A DNA stretch of 47,690 bases, filler included, from Catajapyx aquilonaris (taxonomy: Eukaryota), in assembly GCA_000934665.2 (NCBI GenBank). It is 2 parts of 2 records of this genome, joined end to end, with 100 filler letters (N's around TTAATTAATTAA, not from the genome) between each part and the next. Parts side by side here need not be neighbours in the genome. Positions count along the whole stretch, not along the records: positions 1 to 23,871 come from JYFJ02005635.1; 1 more part is not named here. One strand, 5' to 3'. The notes beneath the pieces were generated by a model. The model made no database searches. It saw nothing but the letters and a program-made list of their open reading frames with translations, and was not told the DNA's origin. A program made the translations under genes and the position numbers. Each line of letters opens with the position of its first letter. Position 1 is the first letter of the stretch. This document shows positions 1 to 12,300 of the stretch, piece by piece.

Positions 1-2091
1 ATGTAGTATATGCTCCCTGTCAGTGTGCCAGCACTCTCAGGTGTCCGGAAGTGGATTAGATAGCCGTGACATATATACCAACAAACTTTCTGCTCTATAT
101 ATAAGATTTCATGACATTAGGTCATTACTGTTAATCAAGTGCAATCGGCCTTGTTTGCTAGTTACGGGCCTGAATTAGGGTTTATGGGATCCAACGCTTT
201 TTGTCGAAGCTACGTTTGTTCGTGCAACACACCAGATAACAGCCATGAGTGTTACATATATGCGAAACTTCCGGCCGGACTTGAGATAAAACTCTTTCCG
301 CTTGACTGTGTATTAACCTGCGGACAAATCCGTCAGTAAAATGTTCAAAGCTTGTCAACCAACACGTCCTGAATTTTTTTGGGGGGGGAGAGTGACCGAT
401 TTACAGTCAATTCCCTGTCCCTGTCCAATCTGAAGGCAGGGTTTGCACTCTGGGTCTGCAGGGACCCTGTACCTCTTCTTTGAAAAAGTACGTACAAACA
501 CGAGGATTACACGGCAGGAAGGGCTTCACCAAATAAGACCTTGGTCCACGAATCAAAAGAAAAAAGGTTGGATTTGAAAGAAAGAAAAAAAAAAGACTTT
601 TTAAAACTTGCTCTTGGAAAATCAGCTTTGCTCTAGGGAGGCCACTGCCGATTGCGGCCTACTTTTTTGAGCTTTTATTTGCTCACAGAAAGAAGGCGAA
701 AAAAAACGATTTGCGGAAGCTAACATTCAAAAACTTCGCGAGACGGTGCGACTCAATTCTTATTTTCTGCTCTTGCTTCTCGATTAAATGTTGGAGATGG
801 ATTTATTATGATTTTGCCAGGTTTTATATGGCGACGGCTGAAGCGATCGATGCATTTCGCAGGTATGAGAACATGAAGATTTGCATTGTTAATGTATACA
901 CTCTTCACCGACACAATGTGCTAAAAATTAATGCACACCTTACCACAAATAATAATAACAGAAGCAATCGCGTATTTTACATTAAACATACTGTATAATT
1001 ATTTTGATTTATTTTCAATATTTTTATTACAATTTTTAGCACGCAAATCTGGGCGTTTTCCAGGCCGTTTTTTTCAGTATGGACATATGGTCGCAATTTT
1101 ACAGTCCGTTAAATTTGAACCAATAGTTGAAAGGAAAAAAAGTTTTTCTCCGCCTCTGAGATTACCCGTTGTCTTCTGCACACCAAAACGAAGTCGGACC
1201 AAATTGTCTGGCCGCACTTTCTTGGCGTTCCAGACGAAATTTCAAGTAGTTTTTCCTGGAGAAAATAGCTCGCAAGTTTATTCTTTCTCCATTATAATGA
1301 CGGCATTGTCGTTTAACAAAACGGTCCATAATGCATGGGAGGAACTCGAGCTGGTCCATGTCACAGCATCTCACAGTTTGTTTTACGCCATTGCTGTCCA
1401 CTGGAATACAAATTCAGAGAGACACAGGGTGGCTCAGAATAGTGTTGGAAACGTTCCAGATATTCGTATAAAATTTTTTATGAACACTGTATCATTATTT
1501 TTTTTAAAAAAAGCATGTACGCCTCAGTTGTTATTATTTCATACCGATGGCCAATCCACCGATTGCATGACCCTTTTTTCTGCAAATTCTCTCGAGAAAT
1601 ATACCTCCCATTTTAATTTTCTGGTCACTTGAAAATTGCTCCCCCCAAAAAATCCTCCAAACAAAAACAGGGCTATTTTCGAGCTCCGGACCCGAAACGA
1701 CTATAGAGATTTGGAATAAAAAATAGGCCCCTGGATTTCATCCGGAAGCTGCTTGCCATTTACTTTAATATCACCCGGGACCATTACTTGCCAAGTGCGT
1801 TTCGTTCCTTTCTCCATTTTTCGCCAGCGGGCTATAGTCACAAAAAGATTAACTTGCATGTTCCCAAAAAAAAGAAGCTTTTACTGGAAATGGCTGTGCG
1901 TCATTTGAACCCATTTTTTTCGAGGATTCAAGTTGTCGAGCACTCACTGTCAGCTTTGAAATGTGGCAACTTTCAACTAGCAGTTACTTCGAAATAGCAG
2001 TTACTTGTTTTTTTTATGAAAGTTTGTGAATCACATGACATGACTCGATAAAATAATATTTTAAATAATTAATAAATTATATGTTTTTTAG

Positions 2092-2338
2092 GCAACTATG
2101 GCCAGAATGGAATCCAGGCTTTCCAGGAGCTTGCCCTGAAAGCAGACATTTGTGTTGCGAAAGAAGGATCGGTCCTGAGCAACGCAGAGGACACTGAGTT
2201 CGACCACGTGGTCCTGAACCTGAAGGAAGATCAGAATGCCAATGTGGTCATCTGTTTCTGCGAGGGAAAGACTGTCCAGGGGCTGCTGGCGGCCACTAGG
2301 AGACAGAATCTCACCGGACACTTCCTTCTGATCGGAAG
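2092..2338 (+). CDS. GRM1/5: Group I metabotropic glutamate receptor, internal exon (Venus flytrap domain); gene is 5'-partial in this window
   Basis: ttttttag acceptor and AG|gtac donor. Translates (G)NYGQNGIQAFQELALKADICVAKEGSVLSNAEDTEFDHVVLNLKEDQNANVVICFCEGKTVQGLLAATRRQNLTGHFLLIG(S), matching recalled mGluR1/5 GNYG...CFCEGMTVRGLL...GEFLLLGS. Not in the ORF track. Confidence 0.95.
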
Positions 2339-2394
2339 GTACGATCATGTAATTTAACTTGATCCAATGTCATGATTCATATCTTATGGTACAG

Positions 2395-2639
2395 TGACGG
2401 ATGGGCAGACAGAAAAGAAGATGTTCTGGAGGGTTACGAAGAAGAGGCGGCTGGTGCCCTGACCATCCGGATTACCTCGCAGCATCCGGTCTCCTTCGAT
2501 TCGTATTACTTCCAGCTCAGACCGGACACCAACACCAGAGATCCTTGGTTCAGAGACTTTTGGGAACTGAGGTTCAACTGCACCTTTAGAAGAAGTGCTG
2601 AAGCCAACTCCACAGCCGCTTACAAAAGAAAGTGCACAG
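2395..2639 (+). CDS. GRM1/5: Group I mGluR exon (VFT)
   Basis: Follows a 56-nt GT-AG intron (2339-2394), phase consistent. DGWADRKEDVLEGYEEEAAGALTIRITS...FDSYYFQLRPDTNTRDPWFRDFWELRFNC...KCT; donor G|gtat. Confidence 0.95.
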
Positions 2640-3368
2640 GTATTGCTCATCTGAATGCCCTCCCAACATTAGTCTCAGCTTCCACGAATGATCGCAAAAA
2701 AAATTTTGCAAGTCAACCTCTCAGTTTAGCAATCAATATTTTTCACCATCAACATCCACACACCTCTAACTCTTCCTCTTCTCTTTCGCCTCTTCCTTAT
2801 TCACTGAACCGAACCATATTTTTTTTTCTTCAGTTTCTTCCCATTTTGCTCTGAAGAATGTCACTCGAGGGACGTGCAAAAAAATAGAGGCGGGTGGAGT
2901 AAGGAGGGGAACGGAATAGAACCGGGTTCATTTTTATGCCCCGAAAGCCCCGAGACTCCGACGTTGGGTTGTCTCTGGAAACGAATGACGCGAAAAGCGC
3001 CAAGAATCTTAATGGGCTTAAGTGTGCAGCAGTTTGGAAAGTTTCAAACGGTTTTCTGTTTTGCAAAAAAAATAATGGGAGGAGTAATGTCATCGGCTAA
3101 TTACCTGGATAAACTCTGCAGTGTTTCCACCACCAAAGATCAATTTTACACTCAACGATAATAATAGAGTTTGGGTGTTCCTATTCCAAAAATATTATTA
3201 CCGGTACTGAAAATTCTGGTCATGAACCAATATTAAAAGAATTGAGTATAATTACTAAATTATTAACGAAACATGAATAATACATATATACCAATATTAA
3301 AAGACAAAATGGAGCATAATTAGTAGAAGTAAATTAAATCGTAGAAAGTATTGGCTTAGGTCAGCGAG

Positions 3369-3472
3369 TCTGTCCGCGGTGAGTCATCTGTAGTGTTAAG
3401 AGAGGGAGAATGCGTCATCTATGGAGTAGGAGAAGGAGCAGTGTTGTCAAGTTGTGGCAAGGGTTCACTCTC
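3369..3472 (+). repeat. Dispersed repeat fragment with a second copy at ~13384-13487
   Basis: Both sites share tctgtccgcggtgagtcatc(t/a)gtagtg ... cagtgttg(t/c)caagttgt ... agggtt(t)cactc. Confidence 0.7.
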
Positions 3473-3485
3473 ATCTACAGTATAT

Positions 3486-3874
3486 TGTGTTCGTACAGGC
3501 CCACCGCATATTGTACCGCGACGCTTCCTATTGGCCCGCTTTCTACTCATGCGCAATGGGTGTAGACAGGCGCCTCTGGTGGATGGGAGGCGAAATTGTT
3601 CATTCTATCGCTTGTGTTGCACTAAAGCTCCGATTCACAGAGATATATGAAAAGCCTGGAAGGTCGCGTGTCAATATGTTGTCATGCTCAATCTAGGATC
3701 GGAGCCTATCTATTCCGACTCGTCTGGTAATAAAACTGGTTCCGACTAGGAATTCTCCAGGGATATATCTCCCGCGCCTCAAAACCAAAACCCTGAAGGA
3801 ATAACCATCTTCTCAACGCCACTTTCCCAATCTCTCATAATATCACAGCTCCTTCTCGGCACGTCTGTCACACA
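3486..3874 (+). mobile_element. Possible solo LTR
   Basis: Begins TGTG, has CCAAT-like attgg (~3530), TATA-like gatatatgaaaa (~3642), AATAAA (~3729) and CACA candidate ends (3846 or 3874). No convincing TSD. Confidence 0.3.
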
Positions 3875-4856
3875 CTATACACTCGAGAAGTCACCCAAGT
3901 CGACGAGGATAAAGCGTGTTTCCATGGCGATGCCTTAGGGTTAGTTGGGTTGGACTGAGAGAAGATTTTTTTTTAAAGAGGGCTATATAGATGTGATAAG
4001 GAACGATTATTAAGTTCCGGATGAGATGGCGCACCTTTTTCAGAGGAACTCGATGTAGAATTATTATAAATGGACACAATTTCTTGGGGAGGACTAACTA
4101 AAACGGTTCTTCCGGGGGGCATAAAATTGCGACTTATCCTGTGAAATATGCGTCACAGAGGACAGAAATTGAGTGTTGCGGTTAGCCACGACATTCAGGA
4201 TGAAAGCTCAATTCAATTACACTCAATTGGCCGTTATTGACACACTAAAGTAGTCTATTGCAAATTAATGCCGTAATGGAACAATTAATTTGGTTTTAAT
4301 TGCGGTACTGACACCACGCAAATAACCACGCCTCAGATACACTTTAACACGACGTTAGCCCCATTTAGTTTGGAATTTTAATTAGACAAAATTATCTATC
4401 AAAAGCACAAGTATGCCATAATGCAATAATTCCAATCTTCAGTTAGCAATTTTTGAAATAAGTTGCTTGTTTGTTACACAGCGTCAATCTTAACAGTAGG
4501 TAAAGTTCACGCTTTAAAAGTGTTTGCTAGTCCATCTAATATTAGCAGAATGTGCTTGATAGCCCTTAAAAAGTAACTGATTTATAAAAAGCACATTAGC
4601 GGCGAAAATTTGCTAGGAGGAGAACACACTTTTTTATTAATTAAATTCGCCTCCTCTTAACACTCAAAGTGCATGGAGGGCAAAGGCATGATGACACCTT
4701 TTCCTCTTGCAAGCACGCCCAATCTAATTAGGCCCTTTGGCCCCCTCCAATTCAACAGGCCTCTCCCCCCAAAAAAAGTTTTAAGTCTTTTAACCTCACT
4801 CTCCGATGCTCCAGGCCAAGCATTAAACGGCGCGTGGTTTTTGCCAATATTCGCAG

Positions 4857-5026
4857 GCGAGGAAAAGCTGAGCGACAAGTACAAGCCGGATCCCAAGATG
4901 GGCTTTATACAGAAGGCCATCTACACCATGGCCCATGGACTGCACAACATGCAGCTTGACCTTTGTGCCGATCCTTCAATGGGACTATGCTCCAAAATGC
5001 TGCCCTTCAACGGCTCTCTATTTCTG
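4857..5026 (+). CDS. GRM1/5: Group I mGluR exon (VFT)
   Basis: cgcag acceptor, CTG|gtaagt donor. GEEKLSDKYKPDPKMGFIQKAIYTMAHGLHNMQLDLC...GLCSKMLPFNGSLFL. Confidence 0.95.
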
Positions 5027-7866
5027 GTAAGTTCAATCAACCAATATTTTTGTCCTCTTTAGACTTTTTTTTGTTGAAAGTATCAGTACATATACAGTGT
5101 GTCTGGAAAATACGAAAAACGTGCTGTCTTTTGAAGGCGTGTCATGAAAGGAGTGTGCAAACAGGTTTTAATAATTCATGTGGTCGACAGAAGCTACCTG
5201 AGGTGTGGTTGTCTGAGGCTTGGTATTTTTTTAAATAGTCGAGGCCTTATTTCCTTCCTGGCCTGGCATCGATTCGCACAAAGAAACAAGACGAGCTTGT
5301 TAAGACCCACTCACGCCCTTTTCTCTTTCCCTCCCGGCCCATCCAATTAAGGGAACACTGGTAGGTAGTGGGACATGTCCGGAGACAAAAAAAAGGAAGA
5401 AGACGATGCACCATACCAATGAGAAGATCTTTGCACAAATTCGCCTTTTTTTGGGGCTGTGGAATGGGAACTCAGAGAGATCAAAAAGGTTTGCATTCTG
5501 AGGTTTGGATAAAACGTGATTTTGGCTGGAGTGAGTGTCTTGCTTTAATTCAACTCACAGATGGAATAAGTTGGGAAGGAAATCAGGAGATAGCGCATGC
5601 TGCTTCCTCTCAAAATTATATGCAGAATTTTTGTAGCACACTGTTATTCCCCTCTGGATATTCCAATCCGGGCAACTAAAAAGCAACCAATAAAATCATC
5701 CCTATCCATACTCTTTTGACGGTCTGTTTACACTCAAATCGGCCCGTTAATTCCATGCTCACCATGCATTTCCGGGACCCAAAAAAACAAACAGGCCTGA
5801 AATTACACTCGCTCTTTGGTTTGTGCTTTTCTCGCAAAAAAAAATAGCTGGAGCTGAAACGCTCGCCAAAAGCTTCCCCTGCTCCCCCCCCCCCAAAAAA
5901 AAAGCAGACTCACTCTCCCAAAAATTCGATTATGAAGACAGCCATGTTTCACAAGCTCGGCATGTAAATTCCAGGCTATCCCCAACTGAAAAGAGTGGCC
6001 CCCGCCCGTCTATCCAAACTTTCCACCATCCAACTCGTAACAGTGTGTCTGATTTATTAGTTTACTTCCTACCCCGGTTTTCAAATTAGGCTCTCGGTTT
6101 TATGTCTCACTTTAACAAAATAATTGGAAGGTAAACAATTGGTGCTCTTTGCGAACCTCCATTTGAAGGTGCTCTCTTGAAAAATATAGTGTTGGCTTTA
6201 CAATAGCCTGTATTGTTGAACAGTAGTAAATCAGGCGGTTAGTTGTTGAACAATGAGAGTCACTCATATACTGCCAGCAACCACTTCAACACGACTATTC
6301 TCATGTACACCACCGCTTTTCCAACACTTATCGATCATTTGTTAAGGACTGTTATACAATGAGTTGTTTATTCAGCCCCGGTTAACTAAACGCCCAATAT
6401 TTGACGCTAATTTTTGCGATGTTTTCACATTGGCGGAATTTTACTTCTTGTCATCATGTCTGCCTTCATGTGAGCGTTAACTTTTTTTTTGCCCTTCTTT
6501 ATTTCGAGGATGAATAGTAGTTGATGAGCTCCTTTCATTGCCACAAGTCTTCACAAATATAATTATTAAATAATGCTCAACAACTGCAAGGCACGTGCGT
6601 GACCCCAAAGTTTTCTTAAACCGTCTGATTGGATATCAACTTTTGCTTTTCTTGGAAAAAACCTATTTCTTGGAACAAGCTCAGATTTGTTGTTTTAATC
6701 AGGATATTTTTAAAAGCCTCTTTTTTTGGGTCACATTGAAGGACCTAAAATGGAGCCAAGGCATTGTTGGAGTAGGAGCCAAATCTGAGTGGCAGTTCCA
6801 TATATGTGCATATGAAGAGCTAGAGAGAGAGAGTTTAAAAAGTGGAATTTAAAAATGCATATAGTTTTGACTGCCAAAAATTGCCCTGGAGCATTGGAGT
6901 ACATTCGCGGCCGAGCAATGATAGTTTTAAAGTACTATAGAAAATTTCAACAGCCATATAGCAGCGAGGAGCTTGGAGAATAGGATGGAACGTAATGGAA
7001 AAAAAAGTTGACAACCACATTTTATGAGCAGCGGAAAAAAAAAGTTGGACATCATGGTTGACGTTATGACGGCAAAAATTTCCATTTCCTCAAGGGATCG
7101 AACCTACTTTTTCAGTAATGTTTCACACTCTTCGTGCCTACAAAAAAAAAAGACAGAGCGAGGGACATAGGCATATTCCCTATCGGCTCGTTTTACTACC
7201 CTGAGACTGAGTTAACACAAGGCTGCTGGCAGTATGTCTGCAGTGCCAATATCTTACCCTGTGGTCTTCTGGGAGTCATACACAGTGTAGGAAAAAAGCT
7301 GGTCGAATCACTAGTGAAAACAGGTCTTGCATAATGAAATAACTAACATGTAGCACCTACAGCGGATAATTTTTTTTTTAATCAGAAATAATAAGCAGAT
7401 TTGAACCCCTTGGTAAGCACTAGGTGGCTAAGAAACAACATGTTTGTTACTACATCACAAGCTCTACAATTACCACAAACATCCACGCAACCCATTAGTG
7501 CAGCAGTAAATAAGTAATACTTCCAAGCTCGTACTTTGCTCCTGAATGATTCATGTGAGGGTACTTATTCACGCTTTTTCAATTAAATCTCCAGGGAAGA
7601 TTAAATTCCGCGGTCGTTCTGGCAGTATGCGCGCAAATTAGCTGTTGTATTGATTCACGCCATTTCCGACATGTTATTACTGCCTATCTATATGTTTGCA
7701 AGGGGTCGATATCGACCATTTGTATATACCCTACATAAAACCCTTCTTTGGGATCGTTTTCTGTCCAAAGCTGTTAAGGAAAAAAAAGTATCGTGTCTTG
7801 AAGGTAAACCTGTTCTGCAAACTACAGCGCTAAAATGATAATTTTTCTTTCTTTCAACTACTATAG

Positions 7867-7949
7867 CAATACCTGATGAACGTGAGCTTCAGCTACGGAG
7901 ACGACGGCGAATTGGTCCAGTTCGACAGCAGAGGAGACCCACCCGGAAG
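7867..7949 (+). CDS. GRM1/5: Group I mGluR exon (83 nt)
   Basis: Pyrimidine tract + tatag acceptor, AG|gtacgt donor. QYLMNVSFSYGDDGELVQFDSRGDPPG(R), the mGluR FD..GD.PGRY motif; phase matches both neighbours. Confidence 0.93.
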
Positions 7950-8412
7950 GTACGTGATGGGGGGTTTCATGGGCCAAAACATCAAAAGTGGAGAAAGCTT
8001 TATTATGTACATGCAATTTGCCCTATTCGCCTAAGGGACAGGACAGACTCCGATACTACTAGTCTCTCTCCCGAAAATGGAGGGGGTTGAAACTGTGCCC
8101 CCCGGATTACGTTATACGGGGAGAGGAAGTGTGCGGGGGAGAGGGGCGGGGAAAGACTATTCCCAAGCGGATGTTAAGTGAGGTAGCAAAGTAGCTTCCT
8201 TGCGCACTCATGTTTCGCCCAATTTAGTCTGCGGGCCCCCATGGAAACTACCCCCAAAACTCAAACCTGAATTTTCATGAGTCAACTAGTCATTTTTTTT
8301 TTCTCTCTCTCTCTCCGCGTCTCTTCCTGAGAGGGTTTAATGAATGAGTGACAAAGGACGTCGGGTCATTAAGCACTGAAATTTTTGTGCATTCATAGTT
8401 ATACCAGGTAGA

Positions 8413-9107
8413 ATATACTACATAAGAGGCGCAAACTTCTGTCGGCGCCTTTGATGTTCGCGTCTCTCTGTTTGGGGCCGTTGCCAAGGCTGGCGGCCAT
8501 GTTGAAGTGTGGGGAACGCCAACGAGGTATAAATAGGGTACAGGCAAAAATAGGGTCCGCCATCTTTGATGGTTTTGGCGGCCATGGCAACTACACGGCA
8601 AGAACCAACGAGATAGAATAGGGTAGAGGCCGTAAAGGTCACGTGATCTTTGGCGGCCATGCCACTTCACGGCAAGCAGAACATGCGCTCATTTGAAATT
8701 GCCGTATTTCTAACCCTGTTCTCCTCTGTCTACACTCCTGCCTCCTGGCGGGGGGTGGGAATAAATAAAAGCGTCCCCAGACAGGCTTTTCTTCCTAGTC
8801 CCGCCAGGAGGCAGGAAAGGAGAACAGGGTTAGCGATACTACAATTTCAAAGTTCTTGCCGTGAAGTGGCATGGCCGTCCGATGGCCGCCATTTTGCTTA
8901 AAAGATGTCCGACCTTTACGGCCTCTACCCTATTCTATCTCGTTGGCAAGAACACGCGCGAATCAAAGATGGCGGACCCTATTTTTGCCTGCACCCTATT
9001 TATACCTCGTTGGCGTTGCCCACACTTCGAAATGGCCGCCAGCCTTGGCAACGGCCCCAAACATAGAGACGCGGAAATCGAATGTTTGCGTTTCTTATGT
9101 AGTATAT
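8413..9107. mobile_element. ~700-bp palindromic (foldback) MITE in an mGluR intron
   Basis: Ends atatactacataag / cttatgtagtatat. Arms are reverse-complementary over ~330 bp (e.g. ggggccgttgccaaggctggcggccat vs atggccgccagccttggcaacggcccc); centre ~8755-8800. Confidence 0.85.
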
Positions 9108-9175
9108 GGCGAGTAATTGAAATTAGTTAATTCCAAAAAATTTGATTGGAGCCACTTTTTTTTCTCTCTTTTCAG

Positions 9176-9350
9176 ATATGACATAATGAATTTTCAGCGT
9201 TTGTCCAACGGTAGTTTCGACTACATACATGTCGGAAACTGGGACGATGGCAACCTGACTTTATTCGGAGAGCTTCAGTTCAATCCGAGGGCAGAGGATG
9301 GCGTGGTCCACTCCAGATGTTCGCAGCCTTGCCCAATGGGACAGTACAAG
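9176..9350 (+). CDS. GRM1/5: Group I mGluR exon (end of VFT, start of cysteine-rich domain)
   Basis: ttttcag acceptor, AAG|gtaag donor. YDIMNFQRLSNGSFDYIHVGNWDDGNL...SRCSQPCPMGQYK. Confidence 0.95.
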
Positions 9351-12300
9351 GTAAGATTTATACACTTAAATTATTTTTGATGATGTCTCCCCCCGCAACT
9401 ACACAAGAAAACCGAGAGAAAACTTTTTGAGAGAGAAAATTAAGTTTTCTCTCGCTCTACAGCGGGCATGGACTTTGACGTCATTCCCTTGTAACGATGC
9501 AACTTTCTTCATTTGCTATCATTTTCGGCTGGGAGTTGTGGGGTTCGAGAAACCAAGAAAAACATAGTAAAACATGGAATGGGAAGGAAATTGCTTTGTT
9601 ATTTTTTTGTGCGAGGGGAATTCCATTACTTTTGCCGTGTCCTTTTTGTTACAATGTATAGCTGGTGAAAATTAATATTCTTTTTCCGCCGCATACACTG
9701 TGAGGTTCGTTAATGTTATTTTTGTGAGTGTAATATAGCAAAAGTTACTGCAATGCTCATGAAATCAAAATGTCTGGTGTTAGAACGTAGTTAATTTAGT
9801 TCTCAGCAGATATTATTTTGTTGGACAAGGCACGGCAGTAAACGTGCTCTGAAATACAAGGAGGGGAAAAAAATTGCTTTAATGAGATAATAGCTTGTAA
9901 GTAATTACGAGGCGGGGCTTCAAAGGCATCAAAAATTCATAAACAGCAATTTGCAAGCCTTTTCTGAAAGGGAAACAAGGCACTGCATACTCTGCAAAAA
10001 AACTATAGACCTCTAGTTACAATCCTATTTGCAAACTAAAGTGTGTAATTACAAGTGGTTTGTTTAGACGCGTGAAATAGTGAGGCTCAATTTACCGTAA
10101 TGTTTCCAGCTATTAAAATAGTAATCAAGTAAACGACTCGTTATTTTTTGCTTTAATTGGCGGATAATTTATTCCTGTGCGTTCAATCTTTCCATGGAAA
10201 AATAATTGCGTTCAAAACTTAGTTACGGGAAAGCCCCCTAGGTTCCCAATAATAACTGGCCAATACATACACAGCGCACATGATGTAATTACTCATGAAC
10301 ACACTAAAAGGACGCCTGGAGCCGTGGATTATTCCTCTTAAAAAGAATTTCCCTTCCCAAATGTCACGCCAAGCATTATTTACCTTCCAAAAAAATAATT
10401 CCAAAGCTTATTTTTCTCTAGTAAATTTCGCGCACAATCAGCACGACTAGTTGTCCCCTTCAAGAATAGCATGAAATTCATTCCAACAACATTACCCGAG
10501 CCCGCAATTAGGGCGCGTCATAAATCCGCGCATTAACTGCCCCGGAAAACCCGAGCACCTGAAAACAATTTGGGGAACGCAAATCTGCCGAAAATAGGCA
10601 AAAAGCGTTATATAGATTTTTGCAAACCGTCTGCCCAACTCGGTCGAGATTGCAAATTTATTTGCGCTGTATACACGGTGTCTCATCAATCTCTGATAAT
10701 GGTTATAAGCCCCATATAAAAGCAGATTGAAATTAATATAAGATTATTGTATACATAATTTCAGTCTTGGTAATAAAGAAGTTAGGCAATGTAACAATTA
10801 TTTTATTATTTTGATCTTCTAAAGTAGCGAATTTATTTGTTCAGAGTAGATCGGATATCTGGTCCACCCTGCAGCTTCCTCCGAAAACCCGGCAACATTC
10901 GAGATGCACGAGGCCCATGAGAAATTAAATCAGTTCTTGAGAGCGGAATTGTTGCTAACGACAGCTTAATGTCCTGTCAGTCCTGGCACTAAAATTTGCT
11001 GCATGTCCAAACGGGGTTTGGGTCTCTTGAATCGGACCTAAATCCGTCTCTAGGCGCACAGTTAATTTGGCTTGGCCCCCCCCTCTCTGCAACCCTGACG
11101 GTAATTTCGACAAAGGGAAATTCCCAGTTCAGCTGTTCGACTCCTCATTTCCACAGGAGTCAGAAACCAAGCCTCAGTCTCTCTCTCTCTATAGTTTGTT
11201 TCCCTGCTGGGAACGTTTTCTTCTCAAGCGAGACCTGATGGATACCTTTGGGAGACACACAGATAGTGAGAGACTCAAGAGTTGTCGAAGCGGACACTTG
11301 AAACTGACCTATACAAACATCTAATTGCTGAAGTCAGAAGTCAATTTCCAATCACAAAAATTCACTACCAGATCACTGACCATAAATATTATTTTTTTAA
11401 AGCAGCTGAAAAATAAACAGCTTAGTGCCAAAAAAATGAATTTGGCCAATTAATTAAAATGTGTGAAAATTGCGGATTCAGCATTGATTTCGGTAATGAC
11501 TTCACTATTAAAGGTATAACCTAATATCAAAGCGTGTGAAACTGGGCGAGAAATTTTTTTGCTGAATGAAGCAGCAACTGTAAGCATATTTTTACTTTCA
11601 TTAGGTGTAATTGCAATGTTGGATTCCCGGGCCAGGTTTTTTTTTACACCTGAGAGTTTCATACGTGTATATGTTAATAAAGAAGATGCAATAACAGGAT
11701 GCATGGTGTGAAAAATTACATCGTATAGGCAATAACACTTTCACGGCGTGTATTAGAATTCACTGGAGCATCGATAATTTCCAATAAAATTGCGACAATA
11801 TTACCAGGTAATATGCGAAATGATTTTTTTTGAAGCCATGTTCCGTTTGAATTGCCTTGAATTATACAATGAGACTTAATGTAACAGTGCTATATGTATT
11901 ATTTAAAAAGTCGGAAAATATACTCTGGCGCGTGTTGAATGGTCCTAGGATTTTTCAGAGATCGTAAAAATATATAGGATTTTGTCTCTTTTCAGAAACG
12001 TACATTTTCTCTACATAAAGGACCGTTTTCATTGTTGGACAAAGTTTGGTTTAACAAGTCATAAAAAGTCACTCGTCTTTGTTTTCATTCAGAACATTTC
12101 ATTCGAAACAGAATTACAGGTTAAATTAATCCGGTTTTTGTACTCGGCAGTGGGTCTGACATTTCAGATTTTATGTTGAATAATAATTGTATTTAAAGTG
12201 ATAAAAATTACAGTAGTTACAACCTGGCTGAAAATGTAGACAATCCCCAATTTTTATAGCATTGCATTATTTTATTGTAACTGGCATATAATGAACTTAG

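Noticed and set aside
821..862. 42-nt AG/GT-bounded, phase-compatible candidate cassette exon
   Set aside because: It would insert 14 unrelated residues right before the conserved GNYG ligand-binding motif; no homology, probably a pseudo-exon.
931..1632. 233-aa ORF
   Set aside because: No recognisable motif, intron-like composition with T/A runs; lies in the mGluR upstream intron.
8290..9130. Mirror-image ORFs on both strands (MADPIFACTLFIPRWR...)
   Set aside because: A by-product of the palindromic MITE, not a duplicated gene.
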